Position numbers and translations under genes: made by a program. Shown piece after piece: positions 57,106 to 64,000 of a DNA stretch of 64,000 nucleotides. The notes below the pieces were generated by a model that was not told the DNA's origin, ran no database searches, and saw only the letters and a program-made list of their open reading frames with translations. Position 1 is the stretch's first letter. Each line of letters opens with the position of its first letter. Source of the DNA: Deltaproteobacteria bacterium (lineage in GTDB: Bacteria > JACQOV01); contig JACQOV010000095.1 of the NCBI GenBank assembly GCA_016202395.1, positions 1,335-65,334 on the forward strand, in the 5' to 3' direction.

Positions 57106-58833
57106 TTAAGCGATTTTGTGGCGTTTGCCTTGGAGGTAGTCGATGAGAAGGTATTGTCCCAAGGTGTCGGGGCGCGTGAAGAAGGAGCGGCCTTTGTTAA
57201 TGCGGGTCATCTGCTCCACAAAAGCGACGAGGGCTGGCTCTTCATCCAACATGAAAGTATTGATCTTAATCCCCGCTCGAGTGCAACGCTGAACCTCTCG
57301 CAAAGTCTCTTCAGAAGCTCGCGGGCTCACCCCCATCACCGGCCATTCCACATGCAGTTGCCCCTCTTGAAAATAACAAGTCGGCTGGCCATCGGTAATG
57401 ATAATGATCTGCTTGTTGGCATGGGGCTGGTGGCTCAATATCTTAGAGGCCAAACGCAGGCCATCTTGCAGATTGGTCCAGGGATCCCCCAAATTAATGT
57501 CGAGCATCGGGAGATCTTTCGATTTTAATTCTATCGCTGTTGTGAAAAACCCAACGATGTGAAAATCATCACGGGAAAATTTGGTTCGGATCAAATGGTC
57601 TAGAGCGAGCGAAACCTTCTTGGCCGCATGAAATTTATCATTCCACGACATCGACCAACTCATGTCCAAAAGGAGAACGGTGGCGGAACGGGTCGTCTGT
57701 TCCGATTCAAAAACCTCAAAATCTTTTTCGCGGAGTTCAATCGGAAAACGGATGGAATTGGAACGGGAGAGCGCGTTCTTAAATGTCTCAACGTAATTCA
57801 GGTGAAAGGGATCCCCATACTGATAGGGCCGACTCCCCTCATACGAAATACTCTCCACCCCTCTCCGGTACAACTCGTGACTCCCAATGCGATCTTTCTT
57901 CAACGAAGCATAGATGTCCTTTAGGGCCTTTTGACCGATCCGTCGAATCCCTTTGGGAGTGAGCTCGAGTCGTCCCCCCGCAAGCTCCAGGTAACCATAC
58001 TCCTCCAAAACCTGAGAAAAACCGGCCAAGGCCTTCATCTGTCCAACCGCTTGCGGGCCTAAAATTTCACCCACCTCTTTTTCGGAGACAGAGCTCAAAT
58101 CCCCAATCTGCATCGATTGCTCCATCGATTTCATCTTTTTAAAGAGCTCCATCAACTCCAGCCCCTTCACAAAATCGGCCGCCTCTTGCCCCTGAAACCG
58201 CTTTCCATAGCGATCGATGAAATTCTCTAACACCTTGACCGCTTGAAGAGAGCCTTTGAGCTTTTCGAAATCTTTTTTGGCCTCGGGATCATTAAACGGA
58301 TAACGATCCAACGCCTCGATCGACTGGCTTAAAGAATGGGGCAGATGATCGAGATGATCTTGACGACGGGAGATGTCATGGGTATGGCGCAGACGCTCCT
58401 TCTCCAGTTTCTCTCGTTCTTCGGAATCTAAATCGCTCTTTTTTTCTTTTTCCCCAATCTCTTGAAGTTTTTGTTGAAGAGTCTTCTCCAAACTCCGTTT
58501 TTCCTTGCTCAAAACATCCTGCAACTTTTGGCGGATCCCTTTTAAAACATCCTCTAAATGATAACGATTAAAAATCTCTTGCCGCTTCTCCTGAAGTTTG
58601 CCCAGGAGATCGCTCAATCCTGAAAAACGCAGGTTGCGCTCTTCCAGAGAGAACCCATCCCACAGGAGACGATCCAATCCCCACTGGACCTCTCCAGAAT
58701 CGGCGATCCGTTCCATAAGCTCGTCAAATAAATTCCCCGCATCCCCCTCCGACCATATCTGAGAGCCATCCCACCGGCTGTATCGATATCTTTCTTTCAC
58801 TCCACCTCCATAAATAGGGTCCCTTATCGTCAT
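57106..58833 (-). CDS. VWA domain protein with long N-terminal coiled-coil/acidic region
   Basis: 575 aa. C-terminal VWA with MIDAS motif DMSWSMS. The ATG lies inside a REP unit, so the true start is uncertain. Confidence 0.7.
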   Translation of the reverse strand: MTIRDPIYGGGVKERYRYSRWDGSQIWSEGDAGNLFDELMERIADSGEVQWGLDRLLWDGFSLEERNLRFSGLSDLLGKLQEKRQEIFNRYHLEDVLKGIRQKLQDVLSKEKRSLEKTLQQKLQEIGEKEKKSDLDSEEREKLEKERLRHTHDISRRQDHLDHLPHSLSQSIEALDRYPFNDPEAKKDFEKLKGSLQAVKVLENFIDRYGKRFQGQEAADFVKGLELMELFKKMKSMEQSMQIGDLSSVSEKEVGEILGPQAVGQMKALAGFSQVLEEYGYLELAGGRLELTPKGIRRIGQKALKDIYASLKKDRIGSHELYRRGVESISYEGSRPYQYGDPFHLNYVETFKNALSRSNSIRFPIELREKDFEVFESEQTTRSATVLLLDMSWSMSWNDKFHAAKKVSLALDHLIRTKFSRDDFHIVGFFTTAIELKSKDLPMLDINLGDPWTNLQDGLRLASKILSHQPHANKQIIIITDGQPTCYFQEGQLHVEWPVMGVSPRASEETLREVQRCTRAGIKINTFMLDEEPALVAFVEQMTRINKGRSFFTRPDTLGQYLLIDYLQGKRHKIA

Positions 58834-58945
58834 TCCCGTGCAAACGGGAATCCAGTTCTTTTTACTGGATTCCCACTTCCGTGGGAATGACGTGGATCCC
58901 CGTTTTTACGGGGATGACCTGGATGCCCGCTTCCGCGGGCATGAC
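58829..58945. repeat. Cluster of four REP-like units, one inverted and three direct
   Basis: 58829-58853 gtcattcccgtgcaaacgggaatcc. 58867-58891 ggattcccacttccgtgggaatgac. 58894-58918 ggatccccgtttttacggggatgac. 58921-58945 ggatgcccgcttccgcgggcatgac. Confidence 0.8.
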
Positions 58946-58955
58946 GTTGGGAACA

Positions 58956-60380
58956 TTAACTGCGATATTGTGTTTTGTCCCCTAAATTCTGCTTATTGAG
59001 CTTGTTGTTGAGATGCAACCCTTCCAGAATGAACTCGATGGCAGAGGCTTTCAGGCCGGTCGTGCGATCCGCCTCCAGTTTCTTGAGGGCCTCTTCAAGC
59101 GCTGGAACCTCTTGAAGCAGATCGAGATAATCTTGCGCCGACATCTCTTCGGAGACCTCCATCACACCGCCACTTTCAAACGATTCGAGGAGCGGGTGGA
59201 ACTGATCTACCTTAAAATATCGATCGAACACCGCGCGAACGGCTTTTCGAATCAAGTTCTGAATGATCTCTCCTTCCCCTTTCTCCTCCCCCGAATACTC
59301 CAGCTCGATCTTCCCCGCGGTGGTTGCCATCAAAGCTCGCAAGTCGCTCACTCGAGGGGCAATCTCCGATTCCCCCAAATGCAACGCTCGCTTTTCCGCA
59401 TTGCTAATGAGACTCTCGTAGTTGCTAATTGACATCCGAACGCTCACACCCGATCGCTGATTGATCTCAGAGGCGCGACGAGCCAAGAAGGTGAGCTCCA
59501 CAAGGATCTCTTTCATGAAAGGGGGCACTGAAAGTTCCAGCGAGGTGTTAAAAGAACGCCGCTCCTGTTCCACAATCTGAATCTCAATTTGAGGATCCCT
59601 CGGATAGTGAGTCCGAATCTGGGCTCGATAGCGATCTTTGAGTGGAGTGATAATTCGTCCTCGGCTTGTATAATCCTCTGGATTGGCTGTAGCCACCACA
59701 AAGACATCCAGGGGAAGTCGGACCGGAAAACCTTTGATCTGAACATCCCGTTCCTCCATAATGTTAAAGAGTCCCACCTGCACCTTCTCGGGAAGATCCG
59801 GAAGCTCATTGATCGCAAAGATCCCTCGATTCACTCGTGGGATTAAACCAAAATGGATCGCCATTTCATCGGAAAGATACCTCCCCTCCGCCAGCTTGAT
59901 CGGATCGATCTCTCCAATAAGATCAGCAATCGTCACATCGGGGGTGGCCAACTTCTCGGAATATCGCATGGAGCGATGGATCCAGACGATCTCCACCCGA
60001 TTCCCGAGTTCAATGACCTTGAGCTGACATCGCCTGCAAATGGGGACAAAAGGGTTGTCATTGATCTCACAACCTTTGATGATAGGGATGACCTCATCGA
60101 GCAACCCCACTAATCCTCGAATCAGTCGCGTCTTGGCCTGTCCGCGTTCTCCCAGCAAAATCATGTCGTGCCCCGCCAAGATCGCATTCTCGATCTGCGG
60201 AACCACGGTATCCTGGAAACCGAGTATCGTTGGGAAGAGCGGCTCCTTCTCTTGAAGTCGCCGGATCAGATTGTGACGCATCTCCTCCTTAATCGATACC
60301 ACCGAGTAACCTGAGGTTTGCAGTTCTCCAAGGGTTCGGATCTCCTCTTTGTAACGTAAAATTTCTTCGGGGGAATTCAT
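58956..60380 (-). CDS. AAA+ ATPase of the ChlI/MoxR-like clade, partner of the downstream VWA protein
   Basis: 474 aa. Walker A-like GERGQAKTRL, sensor VVATANPEDY and arginine-finger region. Confidence 0.65.
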   Translation of the reverse strand: MNSPEEILRYKEEIRTLGELQTSGYSVVSIKEEMRHNLIRRLQEKEPLFPTILGFQDTVVPQIENAILAGHDMILLGERGQAKTRLIRGLVGLLDEVIPIIKGCEINDNPFVPICRRCQLKVIELGNRVEIVWIHRSMRYSEKLATPDVTIADLIGEIDPIKLAEGRYLSDEMAIHFGLIPRVNRGIFAINELPDLPEKVQVGLFNIMEERDVQIKGFPVRLPLDVFVVATANPEDYTSRGRIITPLKDRYRAQIRTHYPRDPQIEIQIVEQERRSFNTSLELSVPPFMKEILVELTFLARRASEINQRSGVSVRMSISNYESLISNAEKRALHLGESEIAPRVSDLRALMATTAGKIELEYSGEEKGEGEIIQNLIRKAVRAVFDRYFKVDQFHPLLESFESGGVMEVSEEMSAQDYLDLLQEVPALEEALKKLEADRTTGLKASAIEFILEGLHLNNKLNKQNLGDKTQYRS

Positions 60381-60487
60381 CGGTTTTTGCCTCCTTTTCT
60401 TATTTTACCTCTCTATGCCCTGAAAAGACATGCAAAAAGCATGCCTCGGAGGAGAAACCAAATAATGATTTATTTTCAATGGGTTCT

Positions 60488-60512
60488 GGATCCCCGCTTA
60501 CGCGGGGATGAC
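60488..60512. repeat. Single REP-like unit ggatccccgcttacgcggggatgac
   Basis: Same family as 6141-6234 and 58829-58945. Confidence 0.75.
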
Positions 60513-60564
60513 AGAAAACTGTAACTTTTTGGCACAACTGGCTCAAACTTGTCCTGAGAGCTCC

Positions 60565-63219
60565 CTACCGAAGGAAAAGGGCAAACTCCTCCTGCAGCTC
60601 CCTAATCTTCTTCGTTCCGGTCGGGGGAAGCTTCCATCGATATTCCACTTTATCCTCCTCTTCCACGGCAGATCTCAAAATCGCCCCCTCCTCTTCAAAA
60701 AAGGAAAGGGCCTCTCGAATCAGAACAGAGGAGATCGATTCCCGACGCAAAACGTCCCCCAACGCATAAAGCCGCTCGCAGAACCGCTGAATGCCGCGAA
60801 GGATCTCTTTCTCTTCCAGATCCTGAAAACGGTGGTAGGCAATGGCCTTGGCAACCGCTAAATATCCTTCCAGAAAGTTCTCGATCAGCCCTCGATTTCG
60901 ATGCAATCGGTGGAGCCCGCGACGCAGGAGAACTACCGACTGAGAGTCCTTTCGCTGAAGGAGCCCCGTTTCCACAAAATAGCTCAACCAATGATGAAAG
61001 CTGGATTCACTGCCCCCTCCCTCCAACCAAAAGAACTCTTTTCGAAGCAGCTGACAAAGCCGATGGTATCTTTGAAGAGCGTGATCTAAAGGGATCTCTT
61101 CCTCTTCGTAACTCAATAGAGCCGTGGCTGCCAATCCCATCCCTAAGAAAAAATGGATGATGTTATTTTTATAGTAATCCAGTTTTTTTCGCTCCCCTTC
61201 ATTCACATAGTAAACCGAAAAATTGTCGATCGTGAGAGAACGAACCAAGCCGCTGCGCTCTAGAATCTGAACCCCTTGAGAAAAGGCGGCTTCAAGATTG
61301 TTAAATGCCTCGGAGATGCGAATTCCCTCTTTTCGAAACCGATCGACATGGAACCGAAAACGGAGAAGCAACTCCTCTTGCGAAATTCCACGCTTCGTAT
61401 GAGAAAGGAGTAGAATCGAAAGGAGGGCCATGGGGGTGACCGTGGTCACTCGATTAATCCCTCTGCAAATCTCAACTCCCAGATTTTGCACTACCTCTCG
61501 GAGTGGATCTTCATTCGTCGCAGTCCCAGGGATTAGGGCGGATTGGCTTAAGTGTAAAGGTTCCCCAATCTGCACATAAACACGTCCAAATTTCTTCACC
61601 AAAAAGCGCCCTGCCTTCACAATCACTCCAATCGATTCGGCCTCCTTCTGCTTCCCTTCCAGCTCCTCCGTGTAAGCCCTCTCCTCAAGAATCCGCTCAT
61701 AAGCGATGGAAATCGGGACGAAAGCCACATCCTGCCGAATCTCCTGGCCCGCTCGAACGATCATCCCTAAAAGCCCCAACTTGGGAGGCAACATTTTCCC
61801 CGTCCGACTCCGAGTCCCCTCGATAAAAAACTCCAGGGGATGGCCGCGCCGAACCAAGGTTTTGAGATATTTTTCCAGAAGCAGACTGTAGAGACGATCC
61901 CCTCGGAACGAACGACGGATGAAAAAAGCCCCCGCCGAGCGGAACATAGGCCCTAAGGGCCAGAAGGAAAGATTAATCCCCGCGGCAATATGGGGAATCG
62001 TCATATCTCTCTGATAAAAGAGATAAGCAAGAACGAGATAATCGACATGACTGCGGTGATTGGGAAGCAGAACAATGGTGCGATCTTTGGCAAGCTCTCG
62101 AAGCCGCCGAAACCCCTCTTCATCGACAGAAAGCCCTTCAAACAAGCGTTTCCAAATAAAAGTGAAAAGGAGATAGAGAAACTCCACCCAACGAGGGTTG
62201 TAATCGGCAACGATCTCTTTTAAAATTTTGCGCGCCTCTTTCTCAATCTCCTCCAAAGGCCTCTCTTGCTCTCGACCGATCTCGATCAGTCCATCCCGAA
62301 CCTCTCGGAAACCTAAGAGATCCTCGATCACTTGAGTCTGAGAACGTCGAGGAGGCCCCGAGATTACCCTCTCTTCTCGCGCCAGATGGTAACGAAGCAT
62401 GAGCCAGAGTTTTCGAGGGGCATGGGCAATCTCCCCTTGCTCACGCATCCCTTGTAGAAAATCTCGAAGAGGGACTGCCTCCGCGAAATGGACCGTGGCC
62501 CGGTTGAAGTTCCTTAAAAAAATCCCAACTTTACGCAGTTTGCCCGGATAATCGGTGGCCCCAAATAGGATATCGGTGAGAGAACGCTCTAACCTTTTGG
62601 GACGTTTGTGCCAAAAGATAATCTGAGGAACAAGATAGATGGGGCGAGAAACCTCTTGCTGAAGGCGAACCAAGGCCTGTTGAAGGCTTTCCCGTTCCTC
62701 CTGGGTTGGAAATTTTAAGAAGGTCCGAGAGCTTCGCATGAAAATAATCGAGCTTTCCCCCGCTTGCGTGACCGAGGTCAAAAAATCGGCCTCCGCGTAT
62801 CCTCGAAAGCGTCGAATCCCCAATCGAGCCAAGATCAACGCAATGGCGCGACGCAATACCTGCCAAAGAGGACGCCAGAAGATTGTTCGAATCCCGTTGG
62901 CGAAACGGGCCACCGGGAGCCCTTCTTTTTGATAGAGGAAATTAAAGTAGAGATAGTCGATCACACTGGAGGTTCGCATCACATAGAGAACGACCCCTTG
63001 GTTGGCGAGCTCACGCAGCCGATCGATCTCTTCCAGTGACACCGTGAACCGACGGAAGAAGGGGCTCAAGCACTCCATAAAGAAACGGGCAATAAAACTT
63101 CTTGGACCCAGAAAATGAACATCGTCTCGAGGAGGGAAAGGGAGCCGGGGCTCACGAAAAGGGAGCTCTTCTTGACTTAAATCTTGACGTCGATTAGACT
63201 TTTTCTTAGCAAGTTCCAA
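60565..63219 (-). CDS. plsB: glycerol-3-phosphate 1-O-acyltransferase
   Basis: 884 aa. Acyltransferase motifs NHRSHVDYLVL, FIEGTRSRTGK and PISIAYE. Confidence 0.85.
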   Translation of the reverse strand: MELAKKKSNRRQDLSQEELPFREPRLPFPPRDDVHFLGPRSFIARFFMECLSPFFRRFTVSLEEIDRLRELANQGVVLYVMRTSSVIDYLYFNFLYQKEGLPVARFANGIRTIFWRPLWQVLRRAIALILARLGIRRFRGYAEADFLTSVTQAGESSIIFMRSSRTFLKFPTQEERESLQQALVRLQQEVSRPIYLVPQIIFWHKRPKRLERSLTDILFGATDYPGKLRKVGIFLRNFNRATVHFAEAVPLRDFLQGMREQGEIAHAPRKLWLMLRYHLAREERVISGPPRRSQTQVIEDLLGFREVRDGLIEIGREQERPLEEIEKEARKILKEIVADYNPRWVEFLYLLFTFIWKRLFEGLSVDEEGFRRLRELAKDRTIVLLPNHRSHVDYLVLAYLFYQRDMTIPHIAAGINLSFWPLGPMFRSAGAFFIRRSFRGDRLYSLLLEKYLKTLVRRGHPLEFFIEGTRSRTGKMLPPKLGLLGMIVRAGQEIRQDVAFVPISIAYERILEERAYTEELEGKQKEAESIGVIVKAGRFLVKKFGRVYVQIGEPLHLSQSALIPGTATNEDPLREVVQNLGVEICRGINRVTTVTPMALLSILLLSHTKRGISQEELLLRFRFHVDRFRKEGIRISEAFNNLEAAFSQGVQILERSGLVRSLTIDNFSVYYVNEGERKKLDYYKNNIIHFFLGMGLAATALLSYEEEEIPLDHALQRYHRLCQLLRKEFFWLEGGGSESSFHHWLSYFVETGLLQRKDSQSVVLLRRGLHRLHRNRGLIENFLEGYLAVAKAIAYHRFQDLEEKEILRGIQRFCERLYALGDVLRRESISSVLIREALSFFEEEGAILRSAVEEEDKVEYRWKLPPTGTKKIRELQEEFALFLR

Positions 63220-63276
63220 TAGTTACCCTCTATTTGTCATCCTTTGTGCCTCAGGATGACAAGTTGAAAGTATACA

Positions 63277-64000
63277 ATGTTAAAGGATCGATGCATACTC
63301 CTCGGCGTCAGCGGCGGCATCGCTTGCTATAAAGCGGTGGAGCTCCTACGGCTTCTCAAGCAAGCCGGGGCCAACGTCACCGTCGTCATGACCGCTAACG
63401 CTCAAAAGTTCGTCACTCCTCTCACCTTTCAAACCCTCTCCGGCAATCCGGCTTTAACCGACACCTTCCGCCTCGAGAATCGAAGCGAGATTGAACACAT
63501 CGCGGCAGTGGATCGCTCGGAACTCTTTGTGATCGCTCCTGCCACGGCCAACCTCATCGGGAAGATCGCCGGTGGAGTGGCCGATGACATGGTTACCACA
63601 ATGGCGCTCGCTTGCACAACCCCTTTGTTGATCGCTCCTGCCATGAACGTGCACATGTGGGAGAACCCCGTTCTTCAACAAAATATCGCTAAACTCAAGG
63701 CCTTAAAGCACGAGGTGATCGAGCCTGGAGAGGGGGAACTCGCCTGCGGTTACGTGGGGGCCGGCCGAATGGCGGAGCCAGAGACGATCTTCGAACACAT
63801 CCAACAGTATTTAGGGCCTCAAGACCTTAAAGAAGAAACGATTTTAGTGACAGCAGGCCCCACTCAAGAGACCCTCGACCCTGTTCGTGTCCTAACGAAC
63901 CGATCGTCAGGGAAAATGGGGTATGCCATCGCTCAAGCCGCAAAACGGCGAGGGGCGCAAGTGATCTTGATCTCGGGCCCCACACGTCTTTCTCCTCCAA
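63277..64000 (+). CDS. coaBC: bifunctional phosphopantothenoylcysteine decarboxylase / phosphopantothenate-cysteine ligase, N-terminal part; runs off the window
   Basis: Hand translation from the ATG at 63277 gives MLKDRCILLGVSGGIACYKAVELLRLLKQAGANVTVVMT...PAMNVHMW... (flavoprotein domain). Not in the ORF track because no stop lies within the window. Confidence 0.85.
   Translation, partial: MLKDRCILLGVSGGIACYKAVELLRLLKQAGANVTVVMTANAQKFVTPLTFQTLSGNPALTDTFRLENRSEIEHIAAVDRSELFVIAPATANLIGKIAGGVADDMVTTMALACTTPLLIAPAMNVHMWENPVLQQNIAKLKALKHEVIEPGEGELACGYVGAGRMAEPETIFEHIQQYLGPQDLKEETILVTAGPTQETLDPVRVLTNRSSGKMGYAIAQAAKRRGAQVILISGPTRLSPP

Overview
This is a bacterial chromosomal segment of roughly 50% GC, mostly gene-dense and on the minus strand, with several AT-rich accessory patches that sit at tRNA genes. 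Core genes are confidently recognisable by protein motifs:

- **Protease block:** the conserved tig-clpP-clpX-lon unit, with lon truncated at the window edge.
- **Respiration:** a complete caa3-type cytochrome c oxidase operon, SCO1-coxB-coxA-coxC-coxD-ctaA-ctaB.
- **Small core genes:** peroxiredoxin and mtgA-rph-rdgB.
- **Metabolism and transport:** an acyl-CoA dehydrogenase / MaoC / thioesterase trio, metE, and an AI-2E family transporter.
- **Outer membrane and lipid A:** lolD-like - bamA - skp - lpxD - lpxA - (Gfo/Idh/MocA oxidoreductase) - lpxB - msbA - DUF374 acyltransferase - waaA - lpxK - gmhB, followed by an AT-rich glycosylation patch (GT90/CAP10, UDP-xylose synthase, two tandem GT4 paralogs).
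- **Right-hand end:** ugd, an ACT-domain protein, def, an AAA+/VWA pair, plsB, and partial coaBC at the window edge.

Six tRNA genes are present: Leu-TAG, Pro-TGG, Arg-TCG, His-GTG, Lys-CTT and Arg-UCU.

The most unusual locus is the tRNA-Arg(UCU) gene, which is interrupted in its anticodon loop by a 295-nt group I intron of the cyanobacterial tRNA-Leu(UAA) type. Its 3' exon plus the last 15 nt of the intron are duplicated 2.3 kb away. The two copies bracket an AT-rich islet that carries:

- a VapC / Phd-YefM toxin-antitoxin pair,
- an orphan N-terminal-HNH protein,
- a 23S-IVS-type four-helix-bundle protein gene.

A second accessory patch lies between tRNA-Arg(TCG) and tRNA-His. It holds an AbiEii toxin and an unusually long AbiEi-like protein that carries a C-terminal PD-(D/E)xK motif, next to a very AT-rich nested palindrome.

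Two families of short palindromic repeats are scattered through the window. One is a REP-like unit ending in GGGRATGAC. The other is a 54-bp GC-rich palindrome CCCCTCACC...CCTCTCCCCGC/GCGGGGAGAGG...GGTGAGGGG. Several copies overlap annotated gene starts or ends.

No CRISPR array, transposase or integrase gene is visible.
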